NCBI GenBank assembly: GCA_963845535.1
Contig: CAWJSK010000016.1
Location: 70,422 to 134,421 of the forward strand
Source: an uncultured Spirochaetota bacterium
GTDB lineage: Bacteria; Spirochaetota; Spirochaetia; SZUA-6; Fen-1364
Direction: 5' to 3'
DNA length: 64,000 bases
Numbering within the stretch: the first letter of the stretch is position 1; each line of letters starts with the position of its first letter. Below, one piece after another: positions 38,158 through 47,609 of the stretch. A program made the position numbers and the translations under genes. Below the pieces are notes generated by a model. The model ran no database searches and was not told the DNA's origin. It saw only the letters and a program-made list of their open reading frames with translations.

Positions 38158-40471
38158 CTACGCCCTGCCCAGACGTTCCGCTGATATGCAGAGTGAGGTC
38201 TTGTCCAGGACAAGACGGACGCCGCTCAGCGGCCGTGTGACCTGGAAGGGCACGCGGCAGATCTCCACGAGCACGCCCAGATGGAGGTCGCCTCGCGCGG
38301 CAACCATCGCGTCCTTGTTTTTCGAGGCAGAGGATGTGAGAGCCTTCGCGGAATCATTCATCTTCTGGATGGCGCTCTTCAGCTTGTCCCGCATCTGCGT
38401 GAGCTTTGGATTCCCCTTTTCACGGGACGCAAGAGAAGCCTCCACGCCCTTCAGTCTGAGGGCAAGCTCGGCGTTCTTCTCCCTGATCCATGCAAGTTTC
38501 TCCTGGACCCGGTAGTCTTCCCCGCAGCAGATTTCAGTCCGAACGCCCGTTGAGCCCCCGATCTGAAACGCCGTGACGCCCCGCTGGGCGCAGATCCGGC
38601 CGCCGATGATGACGCCCTTGGGCCCGGTTGTGATTGCTCCAAGCGTGCTGATGACGGAGTTGAGGCACCCCGTGCTCACCATCACGTCTCCACCTGCCTC
38701 CACGGAGCAGTTCTCGATGAACTTTGCGCGGATCTGGCCGCCTGCTTTGACCGTGCTTCCAGCCCGGCCCAGGATGCCCTGGTCGGTCACCAGGTCTCCG
38801 CCGCATTGTATCTCGGATGCTTCCATGGTTTTGGCGCAGGTGAGAGACCCTCCCGCCTTCACTTTGAAACCCTGCTTGATCTGGCCTTGCACAATGACGT
38901 CACCGGGGAAATCGATGTGCCCCGTGGAATAGTCCACGTCCCCCGGGATCTCGAGCACCTCGCTGACCCAGAAAGAGTTCTCCCCGCTGACAAACTTTCC
39001 GTCGCATGCGGCGATAAGGGCGTCGCCTTTCGTCTCGGTGTTCTTGCCGGGCCGGGGAGACGGATGCACGGACCGGGCGTACGCCACGGCCACTCCCGTG
39101 ACATCGACGCCTGCCAGGCCTTCCTTGCGGGGCATCATCCGGGCCAGCATGTCGCCCTTCTTCACCAGCCGGAACGGGCTGCGGGCCTTGAAGTCCACGG
39201 ACATCGCCTCCGATTTCTCCGGCAGCTCCTTGTCGAGCAGGGAAGGTTCGAGCTGGAGGTGGGAATTAACTTCGTCAGAGGGCGGGCTCCCGTGCGCTAT
39301 CTCCACAGCGGGAAGTGTTCCGCGGGAAGAATTGCATGCCGCAATGGCCGAGTTGACGGCATCCCAATCGATGCCGAAACGCACGCCGCTTTCGGCCAGG
39401 ACACCTTCCACCGCGGGGAGGTCTATCTGCTTGCCGGCCCCCGGGCCGGGAAAAAGCTGGCGGTTGCCGTCATGCGATCATCGGAAATCCTGAGCGCGAT
39501 ACGGCCGTCCGCGCTTCTCCTGTCCGCTGCCCGGCTCTCCATCTCCCGAACGGCCGTCTCCCGGCTCTCCCGAACGGCCGTCTCCCGGTTCTCCCGAACG
39601 GCTGTTTCCCGGCTGTTTCCCGGCCGATGGTCTCCCGGCCGACGATCTCGATCAAGCTTTCACTGGCGTGGGTCTCGGGTGCGCTTCGTTCCGCGGGTTC
39701 TGGGGTGATCTTGCTGTTTTCAAAATCCCGAAAGATGAAGAGCACCCCGCGCGAGCTTCCTCCGGTTTCCCGGTACGGTTCGAGGGAGACGTCGACCCTC
39801 CCCGCGCCTCCGTCGGGACGACCTGCAACTTCGCAGTTCTCGAGTCTCACGCTTTTTCCTGCAAGGACCACATCATCAAGGCGGGAAGCCAGGGGTTCCT
39901 GCGTGTTCGTTCGGATCATCTTCAGGAGCGGCAGGATCGAGATGAAAGGAGGAAGAGGCTCCGGAAGCTGGAAAAGGCCGCGCGCCTTCTCGTTTACGAA
40001 TTCGATGGTTCCATTCGACTCCGTGAGGATGATGGCATCTCTGATCGAATGAAGGATGGCCGACATCCTGTCACGTGTCCCCTGCAGCTGCTTCTGTCCC
40101 TGGGATTTTTGAAGCGCCATTTTCACGGTCGCTTCCAGGGATCGTTCATCGAAAGGCTTGAGAATGTAGCCGAAAGGCTCGGTGATCTTCGCTTTGTCCA
40201 GGGTATCCTGGTCTGAATATGCGGTCAGATATACCACAGGAGCGCGGACGGAGTCCCGGATGGCGTTTGCAGCCTCGATTCCGTTCATGGAGCCCTGCAA
40301 ATGGATATCCATCAGTACAAGGTCCGCCTCCAGAGTTGCGGACTTCTTCACCGCTTCCTCGCCGGAGACGATGATGTCGGGAACCTCGTAGCCCAGTCTT
40401 TCCAGGCATTGTTTGATTGCGAGCGCGACAAGTTCTTCGTCTTCCACGACGAGAATCCGTGCCCGATCCAT
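38158..40471 (-). CDS. Receiver-PAS-FapA(DUF342) fusion, interrupted by frameshifts at ~39610 and ~39440
   Basis: REC (VVEDE, MDIHL, GYILKPF), PAS, bridging frame DGRIALRISDDRMTA, DUF342 motifs GVRFGID, DVDYSTGHIDFPGDV, IIGG. Confidence 0.7.
39543..39622. repeat. Coding tandem repeat: 24-bp unit x3 plus an 11-bp duplication
   Basis: CTCCCGAACGGCCGTCTCCCGGCT-like copies at 39543, 39567, 39591; GCTGTTTCCCG at 39601 and 39612. Confidence 0.85.
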
Positions 40472-40548
40472 ATGCGTCGACCTCCCCACAGTAAATATAT
40501 CGCGGGGAATCTACATTTTCAGCATAATCTCCAAAAAAGCTGGGCTGC

Positions 40549-41382
40549 TTACTTCACGGCACCGAGAGAGAGCCCGCTCGCCAGCCTGCGCTGCGCCACG
40601 ACAAACACGACGAGGATGGGCAGGGAGCCGACCACCGCCAGCGCCATGAGCCCGGACCAGCTCGTCCCATACGCGGAGATCTGCTGGCTGATGAGGGCGC
40701 TGATGGGATAGGTGTCGGGACTGGTGAGGATGCTGATGGCGTACAGGAACTCCCCCCAGGCAAGGATGAACACGAGGGACGCCGCGGTCGCGATCCCGTT
40801 GGCCATGAGGGGAACTATGATGCGCAAGAACGCGGTCCATGTCCGCGCCCCGTCCATGGCTGCCGCCTCCTCGATCTCCCGGGGGATGCCCCCCACGAAT
40901 GGCCTCAAGACGAGGACCGTGAACGGAAGATACAGCGCAGTGTCCGCAAGCACTACACCGGGCAGCGTGCCCAGGAGGCGCCAGGCGCCCAGCACGCGGT
41001 ACAAAGGGATGATGGTTGCCGTCTGGGGGATCATCTGCAACAGTACGAGGATCCCGAGCCCGGCAGTAAGAATGGCGCCGCGCCGGCGGTCAAGGCCGTA
41101 CGCGGTCGGGATCCCAAGGAGCAGCGTCAGGATAGTCGTTCCTATCGATATGATTGCCGAGTTCAGCGCGGCCTTGCCCAGCGTGCCTTCCCGCGCGATC
41201 TGCGCGTACGACTGGAATGACGGGCTGAAGATGATGCCGCCGGGGTTTGCGAAGATGGCCCGGTTGTCCTTGAGCGAAGTGGCCACAAGCCAGAGGAGCG
41301 GAACACCATAGACGACGATCAGGAAGAACACCCCGACAAGGGACCAGGCGGTGGTATCTCCCGGTCTGCTGCGGCCCTTCAT
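40549..41382 (-). CDS. Carbohydrate ABC transporter permease (MalG-like)
   Basis: IPREIEEAAAMDGA, FILAWGEF. Confidence 0.92.
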   Translation of the reverse strand: MKGRSRPGDTTAWSLVGVFFLIVVYGVPLLWLVATSLKDNRAIFANPGGIIFSPSFQSYAQIAREGTLGKAALNSAIISIGTTILTLLLGIPTAYGLDRRRGAILTAGLGILVLLQMIPQTATIIPLYRVLGAWRLLGTLPGVVLADTALYLPFTVLVLRPFVGGIPREIEEAAAMDGARTWTAFLRIIVPLMANGIATAASLVFILAWGEFLYAISILTSPDTYPISALISQQISAYGTSWSGLMALAVVGSLPILVVFVVAQRRLASGLSLGAVK

Positions 41383-42308
41383 TTTTCCTCCGTGCGCCGG
41401 AGAGCCCGAACGTAGACGAACGCGAGCACGAAGACGATCACAACGGTGAAAACGGCGACGCCGGCGCCCAGGGCGTATTTATAATTGATGAACGACAGAC
41501 GATAGCTCAGGAAAGGAAGCGTCGTGCTCGCGACGCCCGGTCCGCCGTACGTCATGACGTAGATGAAATCGAAGCTGCGGAATGCGTACACAACGGTGAG
41601 AACGGTCAGGATCAGGGTGATGGGGAGCAGAAGCGGCATCTTGATTCGAAAGAAGCGCTGTGCCGCGCTTGCGCCATCAACGGATGAAGCATCCAAGAGC
41701 TCGACCGGAATATCCACAAGGGCGGCACGGTAGACAAGAGCGCTGAAAGGTATGACGGCCCAGGAGTTGACCAGCGCGACTGTGACGAGCACGAGGTTTT
41801 GCTGCACGAGCCACAGCGGGCCCTTGGAGATATGGAGGGAGCCAAGGATGGAGTTGACCAGGCCGCCGGGAAGCAGCAGGAACTTCCACAAGCTCCCCAG
41901 AACAACAGGAGGCATTGCCCAGGTGAAGACCATCAGCCCCAGGCCAACGGCTGAGAACTTCCCCCGTCCCTGAAGCAGGGTCGCGGCGCCCAGCCCCCCA
42001 AGCATCCCGACTGACACGACAATCGCCACAAAGACGAGCGTGTTGCGAAAAGCGAGCGCGAAATCAGGCAGACGGCCCAGGGCCAGGAAGTTCGCCAGAC
42101 CACGAAAAGGCCAGCTTCCTCGGACAATGTTCAAGGTTGTTACATCGCTCAGGCTCATCCATATGAGGTTGACGAATGGATAGAGCGCCAAGCCGAGGAG
42201 GTAGAGTCCGGCGGGGACGATGAAAAGGAGATAACGCCGCCGCGGGGCTGCGCGCACCCTCCCCGCGGCAGCCTTTCGCTCACTGCCAGAGAGACTGGAT
42301 TCCGACAC
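41379..42308 (-). CDS. Carbohydrate ABC transporter permease (MalF-like)
   Basis: GLANF, LDASSVDGA, FDFIYVMTYGGPG. Confidence 0.92.
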   Translation of the reverse strand: MSESSLSGSERKAAAGRVRAAPRRRYLLFIVPAGLYLLGLALYPFVNLIWMSLSDVTTLNIVRGSWPFRGLANFLALGRLPDFALAFRNTLVFVAIVVSVGMLGGLGAATLLQGRGKFSAVGLGLMVFTWAMPPVVLGSLWKFLLLPGGLVNSILGSLHISKGPLWLVQQNLVLVTVALVNSWAVIPFSALVYRAALVDIPVELLDASSVDGASAAQRFFRIKMPLLLPITLILTVLTVVYAFRSFDFIYVMTYGGPGVASTTLPFLSYRLSFINYKYALGAGVAVFTVVIVFVLAFVYVRALRRTEEK

Positions 42309-42323
42309 GAGCCGGACGGCCGT

Positions 42324-43586
42324 TCAGGGGCTCAGCTCTGCCCGCACTCCCGAAACACTCTTGGAAGCCGCGGTAGCGGGGTCCTCCTGGCCTGCGATTA
42401 CGGCACTCCATTGCTGCCCGATCACAAGCTGGGCATTCTGAACCTTCGTCACCGGTCCGGCGTCAGGGGGGTACAACGCGCCGACCTTCTGCACTTCCTG
42501 CGCAAATGGCGCGAGAAGCTTGTCCCCGGTCACCGCGGGGTCTTGCGCTGCATCAGAACGTGAGGGGATGCTGCCCACGTCGCGGAAAGCGATGAGCTGG
42601 CCGGCCTTGCTGAAATAGCTGCCCTGGAGATACTGCCAGGCAAGCTGCGGATTCTTGGAGAAGGCGCCGATCGACTCAGCTTCCCCGCCCAGGTACACCT
42701 TCGCCGGATTCGGACCCGCGGGCATCATGGTCACGCCATAATTGAAGTGCGCGTTGGCTTTCGCCGTCCCGAGCTGCCAGTTGCCGTTTTCCGTGAAAGC
42801 AACGTCACCCACGGTGAACGCCTGGAAAGGCTCCGCCTGCTCCCAGGTCACCACAATGCGGGACAGGGACCCGGCTTGCGCCCATGAGGAGACAAGCTCG
42901 AACGCCTTCTGTGCCGCGGCTGCGTCAGGATTGCTGTACGACCAGCCATACGCGGACATCCATGGGTAGGACTGCCATTCCCCCTGGTCGTTCGGCTTCC
43001 CGGTAAGCGTGATTCCCTTGTATCCTGCTGCCGTCACTTTCTGCAAAGCGGCCGTCAGCTCGTCGATTGTCGTCGGCGGCTGGACACCCACCTTGTCCAG
43101 GATGTCCTTGTTGTACCAAAGGCCCAGCAGGTTGACGTACCCCTGGACTCCGTACACTTTCCCCCCGATTGAATGGACAACGGCCGGCGCGAACAGGCCC
43201 TTGTCCGCGAAAGAGCTCCAATACGGGGAAAGGTCGGTGATTGCCTTCGCGTCGACGAACTGGCCCACGTTCGGACCGTTGTAGACAACCACATCAGGGC
43301 CCGTGCTCGCTGCGGACGCTGCCACGACCTTGTTGGGGAGCTGATCATAGGGAACGAAGACGTAGTCCACGCGGACGTTCGGACTTCCCTGGTTGTACAA
43401 GGCTGCCAGGTCTTTCAGCTCCTGGACCTGGCTGTCCACGCTGAAATAGTGCCACACGGTCACCGTGCCCGTTGCCACTGCCCCTGACTGCTCTTTCTGG
43501 CCGCCCGCGAACAGAGGCGCGGCAGCAAACAACGCCGCGGCAATAAGAGCAATCATGCAGAAAGAAGGAACCGACATCCTCTTCAT
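42324..43586 (-). CDS. Sugar ABC transporter substrate-binding protein
   Basis: Signal peptide ending LFAGGQKE, TVTVWHY, GPDV, LWYNKDIL. Confidence 0.9.
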   Translation of the reverse strand: MKRMSVPSFCMIALIAAALFAAAPLFAGGQKEQSGAVATGTVTVWHYFSVDSQVQELKDLAALYNQGSPNVRVDYVFVPYDQLPNKVVAASAASTGPDVVVYNGPNVGQFVDAKAITDLSPYWSSFADKGLFAPAVVHSIGGKVYGVQGYVNLLGLWYNKDILDKVGVQPPTTIDELTAALQKVTAAGYKGITLTGKPNDQGEWQSYPWMSAYGWSYSNPDAAAAQKAFELVSSWAQAGSLSRIVVTWEQAEPFQAFTVGDVAFTENGNWQLGTAKANAHFNYGVTMMPAGPNPAKVYLGGEAESIGAFSKNPQLAWQYLQGSYFSKAGQLIAFRDVGSIPSRSDAAQDPAVTGDKLLAPFAQEVQKVGALYPPDAGPVTKVQNAQLVIGQQWSAVIAGQEDPATAASKSVSGVRAELSP

Positions 43587-43815
43587 GGCGATTTACCTTT
43601 CTCTCCGGACCGTCCCGCTGATGTTCCCACCGGAGAATTGATTTGATGTACCAGCACAGTGTGGAACTCCTGCCCGTGCGGAGTCAAGGCTCGCGTCAGA
43701 GTTGGTCGGAAACCTCCTGAAAAGCGCAGCTTGAAGCCGCTTGCGGGTGCTGCTGCGTCCAAACCGGGCTACCGAAACAGGTACCTGTGGATCATGACCG
43801 CCAGCTCCGCGACTA

Positions 43816-44160
43816 TCACGGGATGCTCTTTGCTTTTAGCGGCGATATCTCGCACAAAAGCTTGTAATCCCGGTCACGATGGAGAACGGGGAAGTTGTGG
43901 CGCAGTGCGCAGGCCGCGATAAGGCAATCGACAGATGAGCGGATGGTGAGGCCTCGACGGCGCGCAGAACGGTACAGCTCCGCGGCTTCGAGAAAAAGCG
44001 ATTCTTCCATTGGGGATTCGACGATCGGCAAGGCAAGCATTGCATTCCGCGCGATCCGATAAGCCCGTTCCTCCCGAAAGCCTTGGAGAATTTCCTGGAT
44101 CACCGGCAGGCAGGTGACGATTTCGTCGAACTCGATGGCGTCTTCGATTTGCGGCACGTT
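43816..44160 (-). pseudogene. 5'-truncated PIN/VapC toxin remnant
   Basis: VIQEILQG, SSVDCLIAACA, LHRDRDY present; N-terminal xxDT strand and antitoxin absent. Confidence 0.65.
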
Positions 44161-44210
44161 GATGTCAAGAAAAGGCCGGCCGTGCTCAGTGACCGACCGC
44201 ATTCCTGCCT

Positions 44211-45615
44211 CTACTTGAAGCTCTCCCTCTCCAGGCCGTACTTTCGCATGCGTTCATAAAGAGCTCGGCGGGAAATGCCCAGGGCGTGCCAGGTGGCGTT
44301 GATCTCCCCCTTGTTCTCCTTCAAAGCCGCTTCAATCACCTTTCGCTCCAACTTTTCCAGCTCGTCCCGGAGCAAGCCCTCTCCGGGGGGGAGGGAGAGA
44401 AGCCTGCCGGAGTCATCCATCATGTCGGGGGAAAAACCTCCCGCGGTCCCGTCCCGCGCGGTTATCACCATCCGCTCCGCGGCGTTCTTCAGCTCCCGGA
44501 CGTTCCCCGGCCAGGAGTAGCGCATCATGTCCGCAAGCGTCCCTTCCGGCACCGGCCGGAACCCGCACGCCGTTTCGGTCCGCGGCGAGCTTCAGGAAGT
44601 GGGACGCCAGGAGCGTGATGTCCTCCGCCCTTTCCCGAAGCGGCGGAACGCGGATGCACAGGACCATGATGCGGTGGTAGAAGTCCTCACGAATGGCGCC
44701 GGCGCGGACCTCTTCTGACAGCTCCCTGTTGGACGCGCACACGAGCCTGATGTCGACTTTCCGCGGCTTATCGCTTCCCAGGGCTTCCACCACGCCGTCA
44801 TCCAGAACCCGCAGCAGTTGCACTTGGGCGCGGGCGGAAATCGTCTCGATCTCATCCAGGAGAAGTGTTCCTTCCGAAGCCATGACCAACTTTCCTTCCC
44901 GCTGTTCGAGGGCTCCCGTGAAGCTTCCCTTTGCATGGCCAAAAAGCTCGCTTTCAAGCATGGTCTCAGGAAGCGCGCCGGCGTTGACCGGAACGAACGG
45001 GCCCCCGGACCTGTGGCTCTGCGCATGAATGGCGCGCGCAACGAGCTCCTTGCCGACCCCGGTTTCCCCCAGAAGCAGGACCGGTACGTCCGAGCGCGCG
45101 GCCGCCTCCACCTGGGCATAGACCTCCTGCATGGCCCTGCTGCGCCCGATCATCCCGTACTTGCCGTCCTCCCCGGGGGAACATAGCTGGAGCCGGCGGC
45201 GCAGGTCGCTTGCCTCCCGCACCAGGCGGCTTTTTTCCACGGCCTTGGCAACGTACGCGAGGAGGACGTCATCATCAAAGGGCTTTTCGGCAAAATCGAA
45301 AGCCCCCGCCTTCAGGCACCTGACTGCCATGGCGATATCGCCGTGACCGGTAATCATGACGACGGGCGGCGCGGCTGGCATTGCCGCCACGTGGGCAAGG
45401 AGCTCCTCCCCGTCCATGCCGGGCATCTTCACGTCCGTGATGACGCACATGGCCTCGGGGAGACCCGGCCAGGCCAGCGCGGCCTCCGCGGAGGAGAACA
45501 CCTCCGGGCGCCAGCCCCGCAGCTCGAGCATCTGTCCTATCGAGTGGCGGGCAGCCTCGTCATCATCAATCACGACGATGGTCGGCCTGTCCGCGTTTTC
45601 CCGCCCTGCCATCAC
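44211..45615 (-). CDS. Sigma-54-dependent response regulator (NtrC/DctD family); frameshift at ~44555
   Basis: REC, GETGVGKE, ESELFGHAKGSFTGA, LDEI; WPGNVREL and Fis HTH in the second frame. Confidence 0.9.
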
Positions 45616-45624
45616 CCGCTCCCG

Positions 45625-46590
45625 TCACCGTGACTGCCGGCCGAAATCATAGCCCGCCGCCGGCAGCCGAATTCGGAACGTGGCGCCGGCGCCCGGGGTC
45701 CCCGTGGCCTCGATCACGCCTTTGTGGTCCTGAATGATAGCACGAGAAATGGAAAGACCGAGGCCATGGCCGCCCTTGCGGGTGGTGTAAAAAGGCTGGA
45801 AAAGTTTCCTTCCCTGTTCGTCGGAGAAGCCTTTACCGGTGTCCGTGATCTCGATCACCACCGGCAGCCCGGGCTTGCCGTCCCGGCGGCTGGTAACGGT
45901 GAGGCGCCGGCGTGCCAACCCGTCCATGGCCTGGCGCGCGTTCGTGAGCAGGTTGAGGAAGACCTGGGCCAGCCTGATCCTGTCTCCCCGGACGGGAGGC
46001 AGCTCGGCTGCAAGGGAGAGAGAGAGCTCCACGTCCGCGAGCTTCATCTGCGGGACAAGGAACTCCAGGCATTCGCGGAGGACGCCGTTGACGTCCAGCG
46101 TGGTGAACACGTTCTCAGACCTGCGGGTCAGCTCCCGCATCTCATTGATGATCCGCGCGGCCCTGTCCACCTGGTCCGAGATCAGGCGGAGGTTCCCTTT
46201 GACGTCCTCCTCAGTCCCGGCCTTCTTCTCGATCATGTAGAATGCGTTCCTGGCGTAGTTGCGGATACCGGTCAAGGGTTGGTTCAGCTCGTGGGATATC
46301 GCGGCGGCCATCTCACCCAGCTCCGCCAGGCGCGTGGAGTGCTCAAGCTGCTCCTCCTGCTTGCGGCCGAGCTCCGAGAGCTCGCGGAGCTTCGCTTCGG
46401 TTTCCCGGCAGTCGCTTCGTGCCTGCTGGAGGGAATGGGAAACCCGGGCGGCGCGATAGGAGAGGACAATGATCGAGGCAGCCGCTGCGCAGAGGAGGCC
46501 GATGAGAATGACAAACACCGCTGTGTTGATGATGAAGTATACCCGCGGGGCCAGGCCGCCCACAAGGGGCCCGTATTGACACTGAGGCAC
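45625..46590 (-). CDS. Sensor histidine kinase (DctB-like core, one TM segment)
   Basis: ISHELNQPL, NLLTNA, DTGKG, PFYTT, GLGLSI; start uncertain. Confidence 0.9.
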   Translation of the reverse strand: MPQCQYGPLVGGLAPRVYFIINTAVFVILIGLLCAAAASIIVLSYRAARVSHSLQQARSDCRETEAKLRELSELGRKQEEQLEHSTRLAELGEMAAAISHELNQPLTGIRNYARNAFYMIEKKAGTEEDVKGNLRLISDQVDRAARIINEMRELTRRSENVFTTLDVNGVLRECLEFLVPQMKLADVELSLSLAAELPPVRGDRIRLAQVFLNLLTNARQAMDGLARRRLTVTSRRDGKPGLPVVIEITDTGKGFSDEQGRKLFQPFYTTRKGGHGLGLSISRAIIQDHKGVIEATGTPGAGATFRIRLPAAGYDFGRQSR

Positions 46591-46622
46591 GGCCCGTCAC
46601 ACCGTGCTTCAAGGCTTACGTC

Positions 46623-47609
46623 ATGGATCAGGAATCCCGGCCGCCCGCGGAGGAAACCGCGGGGCCAACAATCGACGACGTCAGGGCCGCGGCGCGGCGG
46701 ATCGCCCCGCACGCGCACAGAACGCCCATCCTCACCAGCACGACGATGGACGCCCTGAGCGGCGGCGCCCTCTTCTTCAAGTGCGAGAACTTCCAGCGCA
46801 TGGGAGCTTTCAAGTTCCGCGGAGCTGTGAACGCGGTGTTTTCCCTGGAGGAAGCCGACGCGCGCCGCGGCGTGGTCACCCATTCCTCGGGCAACCACGC
46901 GCAGGCACTCGCGCTGGCGGCGCGGATTCGCGGGATCCCGGCGTGTATCGTCATGCCGCGCGACGCCCCGCGCGTGAAAGTCGAAGCGGTGCGCGGCTAC
47001 GGCGCAGAGATCGTATTCTCCGGCAATGCCCCTGAGGACCGGGAGCGCGCCCTCAAGGACGTTGCGGAGCAAAGCGGCGCGGTCTTCATCCATCCCTCGG
47101 ATGACCTTCGCGTGATTGCCGGTCAGGGAACCGCCGCCCTGGAAGTGATGGAAGACGTCCCGAGCCTGGACCTGGTGGTGACCCCGGTCGGCGGAGGAGG
47201 GCTTTTGAGCGGCACTGCCGTGGCGGTGAGCGCGCTTTTGCCGGCAGCGCAGATCATTGGCGCTGAGCCTGCCGCGGCGGATGACGCGTACCAGTCCTTC
47301 ACGACAGGAGTGCTGCATCCCTCGGGAAATCCGCGCACCATTGCTGACGGGCTTCGAACTTCCCTCGGCCCCAACACGTTCCGTATCGTGAGGTCCCGCG
47401 TGACGCGGATCGTCACCGTAAGCGAAGAAGCCATCGTTCACGCCATGAAGCTGATCTGGGAGAGAATGAAGATCGTCGTGGAGCCTTCCGGCGCGGTTCC
47501 CCTGGCCGCAATCCTGGAGGGAAAGCTCGATGTGCGCGGGCTCCGAACCGCCATCATCCTCTCCGGGGGCAACGTCGACCTTGATACCCTGCCGTGGCTG
47601 AAACGCTGA
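46623..47609 (+). CDS. PLP-dependent serine/threonine dehydratase or serine racemase
   Basis: ENFQRMGAFKFRGA, HSSGNHAQ, PVGGGGL, SGGNVD. Confidence 0.92.
   Translation: MDQESRPPAEETAGPTIDDVRAAARRIAPHAHRTPILTSTTMDALSGGALFFKCENFQRMGAFKFRGAVNAVFSLEEADARRGVVTHSSGNHAQALALAARIRGIPACIVMPRDAPRVKVEAVRGYGAEIVFSGNAPEDRERALKDVAEQSGAVFIHPSDDLRVIAGQGTAALEVMEDVPSLDLVVTPVGGGGLLSGTAVAVSALLPAAQIIGAEPAAADDAYQSFTTGVLHPSGNPRTIADGLRTSLGPNTFRIVRSRVTRIVTVSEEAIVHAMKLIWERMKIVVEPSGAVPLAAILEGKLDVRGLRTAIILSGGNVDLDTLPWLKR

Noticed and set aside
44211..46590. This NtrC/DctD pair as activator of the hydrogenase sigma-54 promoter
   Set aside because: It is 12 kb away with its own cognate kinase, and no sequence evidence links them; not excluded
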